Below, one piece after another: positions 1 to 9,496 of a stretch of 64,000 bases of DNA. The translations under genes and the position numbers were made by a program. The notes beneath the pieces are model-generated. The model saw nothing but the letters and a program-made list of their open reading frames with translations. It was not told the DNA's origin and searched no databases. This DNA comes from a bacterium (GTDB lineage Bacteria; Patescibacteriota; Minisyncoccia; Phycocordibacterales; Phycocordibacteraceae). Numbering within the stretch: the first letter of the stretch is position 1; each line of letters begins with the position of its first letter. The stretch lies in the NCBI GenBank assembly GCA_037200965.1, contig JBBCGK010000001.1:480001-544000 (forward strand), given 5' to 3'.

Positions 1-350
1 AACGCAAGCTCATTACGGGCGGCACCGCGAAGACCGTGTATACCGTCACCGGGACGCTCTACGAAAAGAAGATGCCGCCGCTTCCCAAGGCGAGCGTCAA
101 GCACAAAGTCCCTTCGGGCTATTGGAAGATCGTCGCCGTCGAGACGGACGACGGGATCGACGCCGTGGCGTTCGTCATGCCGCAGGATACACCCAAAGCC
201 GCCGATTATTGCGAAACGCGCACCACCATCGGCGACGTTGAGACGCGCTCGGGCCTCAAGTTCTTCCTCGATCTCAACGAGACCGACCGCACGCAGCTTG
301 AGGAGAGCGAGGCGAAGACCGGCCTCTATGAGGATTTGGGCTGCGAGTAG
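1..350 (+). CDS. 5'-partial CDS, C-terminal part of a putative DNA/RNA non-specific endonuclease-like protein
   Basis: The frame is open from the window edge through GTG at 36 to the stop at 350. The ...VPSGYWKIVAV...AVAFVMPQDT... pattern resembles the C-terminal region of the Endonuclease_NS family; this is a weak match made by eye. Confidence 0.35.
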   Translation, partial: RKLITGGTAKTVYTVTGTLYEKKMPPLPKASVKHKVPSGYWKIVAVETDDGIDAVAFVMPQDTPKAADYCETRTTIGDVETRSGLKFFLDLNETDRTQLEESEAKTGLYEDLGCE

Positions 351-372
351 CACGAGCGCGGGAAGATACGGC

Positions 373-660
373 ATGCGCAAGGCATTCATACTGACGCTGG
401 TGGCGTTCTCCGCACTTGCGGCAACCCCACTCATCGCGCGGACCACGGATGCGGAAGTCCGGGGACAAATGATCCGCGAGTCCATCGCAAGCTATCCCGG
501 CAACTGCCCGTGTCCGTACAGCACGATGCGAAACGGGCGCTCCTGCGGCGGGCGAAGCGCGTACAGTCGGCCCGGCGGATATGCTCCGCTGTGCTACCCG
601 TCTGACGTTTCGGACGATATGGTGCGCGGCTATCGAAGCACGCATGGGCTCGGGAACTGA
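373..660 (+). CDS. small secreted Cys-rich protein (hypothetical)
   Basis: ATG at 373 opens with a hydrophobic signal-like N-terminus (MRKAFILTLVAFSALAATPLIA) followed by several Cys; there is no family match. Confidence 0.35.
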   Translation: MRKAFILTLVAFSALAATPLIARTTDAEVRGQMIRESIASYPGNCPCPYSTMRNGRSCGGRSAYSRPGGYAPLCYPSDVSDDMVRGYRSTHGLGN

Positions 661-856
661 TCGATCCGATTGATATCTGGCGAAGCGCGCAAACGCTCAT
701 CTCGCTCTATGGCGATGAGGCGGAACAGTTCGCGCTTCGCCGCGCCGCTACCCTGCTCGGCGAAGGAGACCGGGAGGGCCATGCGGCAATGGCAAGCGTT
801 GCGGAAGCGGTGAAGAAGCTGCGGCAGGAGCGGCCCGAAAGCGGCGATGCCGTCCA

Positions 857-1330
857 CTAGTCGGCGTCCGGCAGCTTATCGGAAGCCTCGGCAAACTCCC
901 GCACCAGCGCGACGATGTGCTTGCGCCGGGCGGGCGACTTGACCTGCGCGAACGCTCTCGCAAGCGCCCGCCCGTCGGCGCTCGAAAGCAGCGGCATTTC
1001 TTCCGCGAACAGTGCCGAACGGGCTTTGTCGTATGCCTCGGAAACGAAGTATTCCCAGGGCAGATCAAGCACCACCATCATCCGCAACAGCGCTTCAAGC
1101 GGCAGCCGGTTGGTTCCCTTTTCATACTTCTGCATCTGTTGGAAACTAACGCCGAGGCGCTTTCCGAGAGCGAGTTGCGACAGGCCGCGCAGCGTCCGTG
1201 CGGCAAATATCTTTTGGCCGATAATCTTATTGATCTCTGACGAACTGTGCTTGCGCGGGGCCATTCTCAATCCCGTTATACTATCGATCTCGCAAATTCT
1301 ATGGCGCGAAAACCCCATTGTCGCGCGCAA
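857..1330 (-). CDS. XRE-family helix-turn-helix transcriptional regulator
   Basis: A 157-aa ORF with an HTH_3-like segment (IGQKIFAARTLRGLSQLALGKRLGVSFQQMQKYEKG). Confidence 0.6.
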   Translation of the reverse strand: MRATMGFSRHRICEIDSITGLRMAPRKHSSSEINKIIGQKIFAARTLRGLSQLALGKRLGVSFQQMQKYEKGTNRLPLEALLRMMVVLDLPWEYFVSEAYDKARSALFAEEMPLLSSADGRALARAFAQVKSPARRKHIVALVREFAEASDKLPDAD

Positions 1331-1340
1331 TCTCAGCCTG

Positions 1341-2384
1341 TTACGCCTCCTTCATCCACTCCCGGTGCATGCGCTCCCATTCCGGGCGCGGCGCTTCGAA
1401 CTCTTCCCGGAACCACGGCATATGCTCTGGCACGAAGACCGTCTCGCGCAGGAACGCGAGCGTCGATTTGACGGCGGGTTTTGCGGCATGCACGCGGTTA
1501 TATGAGATGTAGAGCTTGCCGGGAAGGCGAAACGCAAGCGGAAGGGCGACGAGGTCCGGGTCGCCAAGCGCGTGGTAGGTAGGTGCGAGCGCGATGCCCG
1601 CGCCAAAATGCAGGCACCGCTCGAAGAAGCTCGTCTGGTTGGTGAGGATCGACACGTTCTTGACGACGTTTCCGCCCGACCATGCGGCCCAGGATGCCGT
1701 GCGCGTCTGATACTGGGCGAGATCGAGCAACCGGTGCTCGCTAAGCGCTTCGCTCGTCTGCGGCGTCCCGTGTTTTTGCAGATAGGACTTCGACGCGAAC
1801 AGGGCGTAATGGACGGTCGCGAGCGGCCTCGACACCTGATCCGAATTTCCCGGATCGTAGAAGTGGATGCGGATGTCGAAGCTGTCGCTTCGGGGCGCGG
1901 TGATGTCCTGATCGGGCGATACCTTGAGCTCAATGTTCGGATGCCGTTCGAGGAAGCTCGGCATGAACTGCGCCAGCCAGAGGCTCGCAACCCCGTCCGC
2001 GACCAGGATGCGGCAGTCGCCTTGAACGCTGCCTCCGCTGTCCTTCGCGTCCCTGCGAAGGAGCGCAATGCATTTGCGCGCCTCAAACGCGTTCGGAAGC
2101 AGACGTTCGCCGAGGTCGGTGAGCGCGCAGCCGTCGGTGCCGCGTATGAATACGCGCCCGCCGATCCACTGTTCGAAGCTGCGCAGCCGCTTGCTCACGG
2201 TTGCCTGCGTTGATCCGAGCATCGCCGCGGCCCGCTTGATGCTGCCGCCCTCGGCGATTGCGAGAAAATAGCGGAGATCGTTCCACTGCTCGGGCGAGGG
2301 GTCATCACTATTGGAAAGTACCATCTTCCGTCCCTTGGCTTCCGGGCGGCGATAATCGAATGGCAATTTAAGCTCCGGCAACAA
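1341..2384 (-). CDS. LysR-family transcriptional regulator (the true start may be the internal Met near 2324)
   Basis: N-terminal LysR HTH (LRYFLAIAEGGSIKRAAAMLGSTQATVSKRLRSFEQWIGGRVFIR) followed by a substrate-binding-like body of about 300 aa. Confidence 0.65.
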   Translation of the reverse strand: MLPELKLPFDYRRPEAKGRKMVLSNSDDPSPEQWNDLRYFLAIAEGGSIKRAAAMLGSTQATVSKRLRSFEQWIGGRVFIRGTDGCALTDLGERLLPNAFEARKCIALLRRDAKDSGGSVQGDCRILVADGVASLWLAQFMPSFLERHPNIELKVSPDQDITAPRSDSFDIRIHFYDPGNSDQVSRPLATVHYALFASKSYLQKHGTPQTSEALSEHRLLDLAQYQTRTASWAAWSGGNVVKNVSILTNQTSFFERCLHFGAGIALAPTYHALGDPDLVALPLAFRLPGKLYISYNRVHAAKPAVKSTLAFLRETVFVPEHMPWFREEFEAPRPEWERMHREWMKEA

Positions 2385-2425
2385 AAAAATGCATAAGGCG
2401 CCAGGCGGCGCCGTGGAGTAATTCC

Positions 2426-3592
2426 TTGGAAAAGAACGATTTTAGCGCGATACGAAGCGGTACCTACGGGCCCGAACATGCCGCAGCGCATCCCGATGGG
2501 GGAAGCGTATGGCTGCGTCCGGCCGGGGTCGGGGATATTCCGTTTGTGCATAGCCTGACCGTCTCGGACATCTCCGCCGAAACGGCACCGGAGGAGGTTA
2601 TTCGGGCTGTTCACGCCCGCAATCCCGATGCCCTGTGGCTTATCGAGCGCCAAAGAGGCGGGGAGCCACCGGCCCCTATCGGCTATTTCGGCTTCCTGCC
2701 GCTCACCGATCCCGGTCTCGACGCGCTCAAGGAAGGCGCGCTCGACCGCAAGAGCCCGCCGCTTGAGCTTGTGGCCGAGGGCGGCACGCGTCCGGCGGCG
2801 GTGTACGTGTGGGGCGTCGTGGCGCATCGCCTAGTGCGGGTCACCGCGCCGCTCCTCACCCTCGCGCTTTCGCCTTACATCGACGTTCCCTTCTACACCG
2901 TCTCCCAGACCGAAGAGGGGCTGCGCTCGGCCCGTAGGCGCGGCTTCGTGCCGGTCGATGCGCGGATCGGCGACCGGGGCGGGCTCGTGCTGCTGCCGCT
3001 TGGCAGCCTTCTTGCGCCGCCGCCAAGCAAAGTCGCGCAGCTCGACGTGATCGTGGCCTCGAACGCCGAGCACCTCATGATGTGCGCCTATGTTCGCGGC
3101 GTGGTGTTCGGCGCGGAGCAGCTCGCCCCCTACCGCGAGGAATTCGACGGCAACGACTTCTGCGGCATCCAGCTTCTGGGGTTCGTGAACAACGAGCCTG
3201 CGGCAGTGCTTCGCATCCGTCACTTCGCGTCATTCGCGAAATTCGAGCGGTATGCCGTGCTCGAGCGCTTCCGCAAAACGCGGATCAAGTACGAAATCCT
3301 GGAGTTCGGAATCGAGCTGTGCCGCCGCAAGGGATACACGAAGCTCTACGCGCACTCGCAGGTGCGCCTCGTCCGCTTCTATGAGCGGTTCGGCTTTCGT
3401 CTGTGCGCCGCGCAGCGTCCGCTCGTCTTCGCGGATCACGAATACGTCGAGATCGAAGCCGACCTCGCGCCGCATCCCGAGGCGATCACGACCGCCACCG
3501 ATCCCTACGTGATCATCCGACCCGAAGGGGCGTGGGACAGGCGCGGCGTTCTTGACCAGTCAGCGGCACGGCCCGCGACTAATCCCGTCTAG
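2426..3592 (+). CDS. GNAT-type N-acetyltransferase domain protein, with the GNAT fold in the C-terminal half
   Basis: C-terminal motif-A-like RRKGYTKLYAHSQVRLVRFYERFGF; the N-terminal 200 aa are uncharacterised. Confidence 0.45.
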   Translation: MEKNDFSAIRSGTYGPEHAAAHPDGGSVWLRPAGVGDIPFVHSLTVSDISAETAPEEVIRAVHARNPDALWLIERQRGGEPPAPIGYFGFLPLTDPGLDALKEGALDRKSPPLELVAEGGTRPAAVYVWGVVAHRLVRVTAPLLTLALSPYIDVPFYTVSQTEEGLRSARRRGFVPVDARIGDRGGLVLLPLGSLLAPPPSKVAQLDVIVASNAEHLMMCAYVRGVVFGAEQLAPYREEFDGNDFCGIQLLGFVNNEPAAVLRIRHFASFAKFERYAVLERFRKTRIKYEILEFGIELCRRKGYTKLYAHSQVRLVRFYERFGFRLCAAQRPLVFADHEYVEIEADLAPHPEAITTATDPYVIIRPEGAWDRRGVLDQSAARPATNPV

Positions 3593-3594
3593 GA

Positions 3595-3831
3595 GTGCTC
3601 GACATGGCCGGAACGCTCGATTGCTTTGTCCGCCTTGTTGAACTCGACACCTGCGTGCGTGAGTTGGCACAGCGCAAGCGCGCGAATAATAGGATCAGCA
3701 TATCCGATCTTGATGACGTTCTCCTGGCGCTTGCTGAAGCTCGGGAAACGATCCAGGACGACGCGTATGACGAGATGGCGAGGCGGCGAGCGATAACAAC
3801 GGCGGACATAATGCAGTTCGCAAAAGATTAG
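3595..3831 (+). CDS. hypothetical small protein (78 aa)
   Basis: ORF immediately downstream of the GNAT gene; no recognisable motif. Confidence 0.3.
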   Translation: MLDMAGTLDCFVRLVELDTCVRELAQRKRANNRISISDLDDVLLALAEARETIQDDAYDEMARRRAITTADIMQFAKD

Positions 3832-4098
3832 CGAAAGCGCGCGGCTCTATTCAAAACGCGGCCTACGACAAGTTCGCAACTATTCGTCCGACAACACTCG
3901 CCCGATAACGGATCATTCGGCAACCAGAGGATAATGAGTATATCGCGGGAGCGAAGCATAGGAGACGATGCAGTGCATAGTCCGTCATAAATTCAACGGC
4001 GGCATCCTGATGGTAGCTGTATAACAGCGTGGTGCCGGAACTTCCCCTTGTAGCCAATACCGGGCTTCGTTACAAAGCTTCAAGGGGAGGCTATATGC

Positions 4099-5770
4099 AT
4101 GCTTAATCACACCTTTGGAGTGATCTCGCTGGGTCGTTTCCTCACTGCTATACGTCCTGCGCGTTATGCGGTCCGCTCTGCCAATCGAACACGCTTCGGC
4201 CAAGGGCTGGTCTCGGTCCGCACCCTAGTCGTCGCTGCGTGCGTTGCAATGAGTTGGCTAGCCGCATTGCCGCAAGCCGCCATCGCGAGCAGCGTCTTGA
4301 TGAGCGTGCCAGGCGAAAGCGACGTAAACTCGGCGGGTGCCTTCACATATTCACTTCCTATTGCAGTTCCGCCCGGGACTGCCCGCATCGTACCGCGACT
4401 GTCGCTTGATTATTCCAGTCAAAGCGGCAATGGCCTCCAAGGCCTCGGCTGGTCGCTTTCCGGATTGCCGGCAATAGGAAGATGCGCGCGCACGGTGGCG
4501 CAAGACGGCGTGCATGGCAGTGTCAATTACGACGGCAGCGACAAATTCTGCTTGGAAGGCCAGCGCCTAGTCGCCCTAAGCGGCGTCTATGGCGCGAACA
4601 ATACGGAATATCGTACCGAAATAGAGAGTTTCACCAAAATTATTTCATACGGAACGGCGGGTAACGGGCCAGCCTCGTTCAAAGCGTGGACCAAGTCCGG
4701 TCAAATCCTGGAATTCGGAAACACGGCGGATTCCCGTATCGAAGCGGTCGGCAAGACAACGGTGCGCGCGTGGGCCGTCAATAAGGTTTCCGATGCCAAA
4801 GGAAACTACGTCACGGTCGAATACACCGACGACCAAACTAACGGAGAGGCGTATCCGGTTCGGATTGATTATACCGGCAATCCCAACGCAACGCCGGTGG
4901 TTATGCCGTACAATTCCGTGCAGTTCACATACACAACGCGCGCAGATATCACGATTGCCTATCAGGCCGGTTCGCAGCAGAAGATCACAAAACTTCTCAC
5001 CAATATTAAGACTTATCAAGCCGCGAATTTGGTTTCCGACTATCGCCTTGCCTATCAAGCCGGCTCATCGCTCGCACATTCGCGTCTAACGTCCATCACG
5101 TTATGTGATGGGTCGGGTACGCCGGTATGCCTTGCCCCCACGACCTTTGGCTGGCAGGGTGGCAGCGGTAGCCTGCCGACAATGACCGGGACCGCATCCA
5201 CTATCATTCCGACGCAAAGCGGTGATTTCAACGTTGACGGATTAACAGACCCCTTTGTCAAAGCCCCGTATTTTGGAACTCAGAGCGGAACGTTCGTCGC
5301 GAGCGGCATGACTATAAGCTATACCGACCCCATATCGGGATTGCCGTGGTCGGGTCTAACGGCTTTCCCCAACACAATGGTCGGGTTTGTATTGGGTGAT
5401 ACCGACGGAGACGGGTATAGCGACGTCACCGCGATGCGGGGTATCGCACATGGCGCTTATGCCAGGTTGGTGGTTACGCGCAACGACCAGCTCGGAAATC
5501 TTGGTCAGATCGGCCTGATCGATCCGCTGCATGCTGGCGCCATATTCAGCGGCGACTTCAATGGAGACGCGCGCACGGACGTTTTCGTGACGGGTGTAGC
5601 TTCTTATAACAGTACGACGTATCTGAGCCTGGGGACCGGATCGTTCACCGCCATCAACATGAGTTCGGTATATGAACCCATCACGACCGCCGATTTTGAT
5701 GGTGACGGATGCACCGATTTCTTGGGATCGACTAGTTGCACAACCTCCTTTTTACGAACGATCCTGCAGG
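4099..5770 (+). CDS. 3'-truncated Tc-toxin/Rhs-type protein N-terminus (SpvB domain plus FG-GAP/VCBS beta-propeller repeats); coding terminates inside repeat R1, so it is likely a gene fragment
   Basis: Good SD (AGGGGAGG) 8 nt before ATG 4099. The SpvB signature is PRLSLDYSSQSGNGLQGLGWSLSGLP...DKFCLEGQRLV. FG-GAP-like DxDGDG repeats are present (DTDGDGYSD, DFNGDARTD, DFDGDGCTD). There are no RHS/YD repeats or C-terminal toxin: after 5735 the frame runs into the 36-bp repeat and then into antisense, Arg-rich sequence. Confidence 0.7.
5735..5770. repeat. 36-bp direct repeat R1 (GTTGCACAACCTCCTTTTTACGAACGATCCTGCAGG), distal to cas2
   Basis: Exact 36/36 identity with the copies at 7319, 8730 and 11669, read directly from the sequence. 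Confidence 0.97.
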
Positions 5771-5784
5771 TTTCCGTTAATCTT

Positions 5785-7125
5785 CTAAGTCTCTTGTTGA
5801 GACGCAACACAGCCCCACGCCGCTTTTACCGAGTCATAGATAAAGCCTACCGTCAGAACCTTGGATATAACCGTCGTGGTTGGCAACGCCGTGCCTTCTG
5901 CCACGAACGACGCCCCCCAGGTAATCGCCCGGGCCGTACCGTCGTCTTTGATCCTGAAGATGAGCGTCTGGAAGTTCGTGGGTGTACCGGAGAGATTTGT
6001 CGTCATCGACGTGATCGCGGTCGCAAGAGCAGTAATCGTCACGGCGTCGCACCCATCGCTATTCACTGTAGGGGTTGCCGAAGAAACAATCGTCGTTATG
6101 CGTGGAGTATTTCTCTTATTTGCAAGAGTCTGTGTACCATTGTTAGTCACGACACTGTCAGCGTTTGTGCCTGCAACCGAGATTCTCAAATCTCCTGTTC
6201 CAACGGTAAGCACTCCTGAGGTGTGCGTTGCAACCCAGTTACCGTTACTAATGTTCCAGGTAAAACCAGTAGCACTAAAGAGATCGGCCCATCCAAGCGC
6301 GGTCGTCCCAAGAGCGGCAATATCATTCGTGACCGGGGAAAGAGCGGAGGAGGTAAGTTGTATCGTTCCTGTTCCGTTGATAGCCAGACCAAGCGTATTG
6401 GTTGTAGGAAGGTAGAGGCGATTACCGGTAGCAGTTGAAGAGGTAGGAGCAAAGCCAGCCGCAGTTGCCAGCGATGCCAACGTCAAAGCTCCGGCGTCGG
6501 TCAAGGTTGCATTGGTGGATGTTGCTTGTGCGCCGCGCGAAGTACCATCGGACCGAAGTATAGATTCATCTGTGGCAAAAGTGGCGGCAGCGGTGACTAC
6601 ATTACTCGGTATATCGCTTGTAAGAGCGACGGTACCCGTGGACGCCGGAAGGGTAATGGTGTTAGTTCCAGCGATTGCCGTAGGGACGAGGGCGATGGTA
6701 CCGGAAGTTGAACCCGAGAAGGTTACACCCTGGGTACCGGAAATGATGCCAGTGGTGTCAGCAATAAGCACTGCCGAGTTCTGGATCAGCTTACCAGTGG
6801 TAGTGTCGAAGCGGGCCACGGCGTTATCAGTTGCTGAAGCCGGGCCTACAACATAGGTAGCAAGGGAAGCAGTCGTAGGAATAACATAGCCGCTTTGGAG
6901 CGCTATAGCGATCGTTCCGGAAGTAGTGATCGGTACGCCGGATACCGTAAGTCCTGTCGGTACCGTAGCGTCAACGGATGTAACCGTACCTCCTCCTCCG
7001 GGGAGGTCTATAAGAAGCCTGTGCGTCGTCGGGTCTGCATATAGACGCACAGGCGTCTTGCCGTCAGCGCTTGAAGCTGCTATCAGCGTTGGAACATCGT
7101 TCTGGTCTCGGTAAGCATCAGCCAT
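5785..7125 (-). CDS. S/T/G-rich fibre-like protein (possible phage tail-fibre / adhesin-like), 446 aa
   Basis: Long low-complexity T/S/G/A-rich body with a distinct C-terminal globular-looking region (FQTLIFRIKDDGTARAITWGASFV...). It ends 14 bp before R1, and its N-terminal motif SSADGKTPVRLYADPTTH is duplicated in the upstream fragment. Confidence 0.4.
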   Translation of the reverse strand: MADAYRDQNDVPTLIAASSADGKTPVRLYADPTTHRLLIDLPGGGGTVTSVDATVPTGLTVSGVPITTSGTIAIALQSGYVIPTTASLATYVVGPASATDNAVARFDTTTGKLIQNSAVLIADTTGIISGTQGVTFSGSTSGTIALVPTAIAGTNTITLPASTGTVALTSDIPSNVVTAAATFATDESILRSDGTSRGAQATSTNATLTDAGALTLASLATAAGFAPTSSTATGNRLYLPTTNTLGLAINGTGTIQLTSSALSPVTNDIAALGTTALGWADLFSATGFTWNISNGNWVATHTSGVLTVGTGDLRISVAGTNADSVVTNNGTQTLANKRNTPRITTIVSSATPTVNSDGCDAVTITALATAITSMTTNLSGTPTNFQTLIFRIKDDGTARAITWGASFVAEGTALPTTTVISKVLTVGFIYDSVKAAWGCVASQQET

Positions 7126-7127
7126 AA

Positions 7128-7325
7128 TCAGGTACTTTGTACGAGTAATTCCCCGGCACTATTGGCGTAGAGCACCACAGGCGTCTTGCCGTCAGCGCTT
7201 GAGACAGCCATGAGTGCAGGAACAAAGTTTGCGTCCCGCAGATCGTCTACCGGCCCAAAGTCCGACCCGGTAGTGTCGTCGTCCGCCATAAGCGCATGTG
7301 TTGAAGGGTCAGCAACGAGTTGCAC
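7128..7325 (-). pseudogene. out-of-frame duplicated N-terminal fragment of the fibre-like gene; its GTG start lies inside repeat R2
   Basis: GTG at 7325..7323 sits 2 nt after the AAGGAGG of the repeat (minus sense). The encoded ...ADPSTHALMADDDTT...SSADGKTPVVLYAN repeats the N-terminal motif of 5785..7125. A stop at 7130..7128 then puts it in a different frame from the ATG at 7125. Confidence 0.4.
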
Positions 7326-7354
7326 AACCTCCTTTTTACGAACGATCCTGCAGG
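7319..7354. repeat. 36-bp direct repeat R2
   Basis: Exact copy of the 36-mer. Confidence 0.97.
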
Positions 7355-7451
7355 AGTATGAGTACTGATACCGTCCAATCTGCCATTGAATATGCGCGAC
7401 ACTCGCCGTCGTGACGACGTTGAGTTAAGTCAATGGCGATTTATGTTACTG

Positions 7452-7973
7452 TCACCGGACCGGCACGAACCCTTCGGGAAGAAACTGCGTCGGGTCCTTC
7501 CACGGTTCAATAGCAACTGCTTTGGGGTATTTGCTTATCATGTAAGCATCGGTGCAATACACCAAACTTTCGGGATCATCGTCCGAAGGCTCAAGGCCTG
7601 AAAATTCAACCATCACAGATTTCTGGTTGGTAATTTTTCCAAAGGTGTCAATGAACCGCTTGATTTTGTCAAACTCACGCACAAAATCGTCGGGCTCAAA
7701 TAGATAGGAATACACTACTACTGTATTCTCGCCGACGATCCGTTCGGAACCGTCCTCATTTTTCACGCGGAAACGCCCAGCGGCGAGCGGCAATTGGGTT
7801 ACACCGCCATTGATCCGCACCATAATTTCCATGGCGCTATCGACCCATTTGTCAAAATTTTCAACAGGCTTCTGATCGCGATCTTGGTTAGGCAAATAAA
7901 CTGCAAACCGTTGTACCGATTCAGATGTATCGGCACCTAGCGCGGTCTTGAGGTCAAAATCTACGAGCGCCAT
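7452..7973 (-). CDS. hypothetical protein (173 aa), upstream partner of the PRTase-domain gene
   Basis: Clean ORF with balanced composition and no recognisable motif; it is co-oriented with, and 86 bp downstream of, the PRTase gene. Confidence 0.45.
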   Translation of the reverse strand: MALVDFDLKTALGADTSESVQRFAVYLPNQDRDQKPVENFDKWVDSAMEIMVRINGGVTQLPLAAGRFRVKNEDGSERIVGENTVVVYSYLFEPDDFVREFDKIKRFIDTFGKITNQKSVMVEFSGLEPSDDDPESLVYCTDAYMISKYPKAVAIEPWKDPTQFLPEGFVPVR

Positions 7974-8059
7974 GATCGCTTCCTATTAGCCATCAATGAA
8001 AAGGCCCCATAGCCGGGGCCTTAAAGTAGGCAAAATGCCAAATTGCAACGCTGATGCCG

Positions 8060-8716
8060 CTACCGCGGTCTTGAAGGTCTCCGAATTCCGAGCACCGTTT
8101 TAGGGTCCCGCTTGATCTTTAGAAACCGTCCAAATCCCGAACGAGCGTCTTCAGGTTTCTCCGCTTGTTGGGAAGCTGAACGAATCGCTGTCACTATCTC
8201 GTTAGCAGCTTCTGATATGGGCGGCAAATTTTGCCGGTTATAGTCGCCTGGCGGGATTCCCGCGTGCTTCTTTTTCATATGATTTTCTCCTGTTTCTTCA
8301 CAGGGTTGCGACCCATCGGTCTCAGCCCCGTGTTGATCGGGAGAAAGCCCTTCAAGAATCGGGCCGCGTACGTCGGTTTCCCAGGTTAAGGCTTCGACGC
8401 GAATATCCTGGCCACGGTCCGTCCTTATGCTTTCGCGATGGGGACCATACCCACATAGTACCACAGCGGCATGCGTAGTCGCGCCCGAAATCTCGTGGAC
8501 TATATCCGCAGCAGCGCCAATACCAGCGCCCGTTACTATCAAGTCATAGACCATCAAGATGCGATCACCGGAAAGCGGTTTGTCTGCCGTTATTGCTACG
8601 CCCTTCGCCCAACGCGTCTCGCGATAGATGCAGGCGGGCAATCCGGTTTCGGCGACGAGGGACGAGAGCATCGAAATCGCGCCGACCGGCCCCATCTCTT
8701 TTTCGATAAAGCACAA
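8060..8716 (-). CDS. phosphoribosyltransferase (PRTase type I) domain protein; start at TTG 8716 or ATG 8695
   Basis: PRPP-binding-loop-like DRILMVYDLIVTGAGIGAAADIV. Such PRTase-domain proteins occur as effectors in some anti-phage systems; that point is from general knowledge, not from a search. Confidence 0.55.
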   Translation of the reverse strand: MCFIEKEMGPVGAISMLSSLVAETGLPACIYRETRWAKGVAITADKPLSGDRILMVYDLIVTGAGIGAAADIVHEISGATTHAAVVLCGYGPHRESIRTDRGQDIRVEALTWETDVRGPILEGLSPDQHGAETDGSQPCEETGENHMKKKHAGIPPGDYNRQNLPPISEAANEIVTAIRSASQQAEKPEDARSGFGRFLKIKRDPKTVLGIRRPSRPR

Positions 8717-8729
8717 TCGCGTAATGCCG

Positions 8730-8765
8730 GTTGCACAACCTCCTTTTTACGAACGATCCTGCAGG
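8730..8765. repeat. 36-bp direct repeat R3
   Basis: Exact copy of the 36-mer. Confidence 0.97.
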
Positions 8766-9363
8766 AAACCATGAGAGAACCCGAGTTGATCTCGGTGGCC
8801 ACGATCTTCAAAGGCGACAACTCGTTAAATTCCTCATAGTTCAGGTCAGCGAACCGAATTCGATCAGGCACTCCATCGTGATCACGACCATTTGCGGCAT
8901 ATAATTCCCGCATACGTTCTCGAAGAACTGTGTTGATGAATTCACGAATGGGCGTTGTGGTGAAAAAGCCTAAGTGCCGCCATATGCGCAGCATTCCAAA
9001 CGTAACTAGGGGAGCTGTTAAAAAAGACAATAATACACCCCCCAACGCCGTAGCGGACAATGCCCATCGAAGTCCCTGGCGGAGGCGAACAAATCTACGC
9101 CAATCATCAGCCCCCAATAACGTTACGGGGGTCAAGTTATGTAGGCTGAGAATATTTTGATCCCTAATGTCGGGATTCATCAAAGTCGAAGCACTGTATC
9201 CCGCCGCGACTAGCGTTGCCACGATCGCGCCAGCTGACGCCCCGGCTACACCTACGAAGGCGAGCCCATTCTTCGCGGCACCCTCCAAAGCACCAATATG
9301 CGCTATGCCCTTAGCACCGCCACCTTCGAATATGCCAAAGGCTGGCCTCTTAGCGTCCATCAC
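8766..9363 (-). CDS. patatin-like phospholipase, 3'-truncated at repeat R3 (lacks the region that would carry the catalytic Asp)
   Basis: GGGAKG oxyanion motif and GASAG (GxSxG) serine motif near the N-terminus. The ORF reads straight into the repeat (…SGSLMVS|CRIVRKKEVVQ) before any DG[A/G] Asp motif and then continues as Arg-rich antisense of the PRTase gene. Confidence 0.6.
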
Positions 9364-9496
9364 TGTATGTATCCTTTCGCAAATCAGGTCGGGGCCTGCA
9401 CAAACGACAGAACATCGGACAGGCTGGTGAAATAATGAGATACCAGCCTTCGCACATTGCTGTTCCGCATACAGATACAGCAGTTGCTAGTTCAAA

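Noticed and set aside
5735-5770. The CCTGCAGG (SbfI/PstI) palindrome in every repeat as evidence of a cloning artefact
   Set aside because: It cannot be decided from the sequence alone. An 8-bp palindrome in a 36-mer is not strong evidence, so it is noted only as something to exclude with raw-read data.
8596-8765. Continuation of the patatin ORF through repeat R3 down to 8596
   Set aside because: After the repeat the frame is Arg-rich and antisense to the N-terminus of the PRTase gene. It is treated as read-through of non-coding sequence, not as part of the protein.
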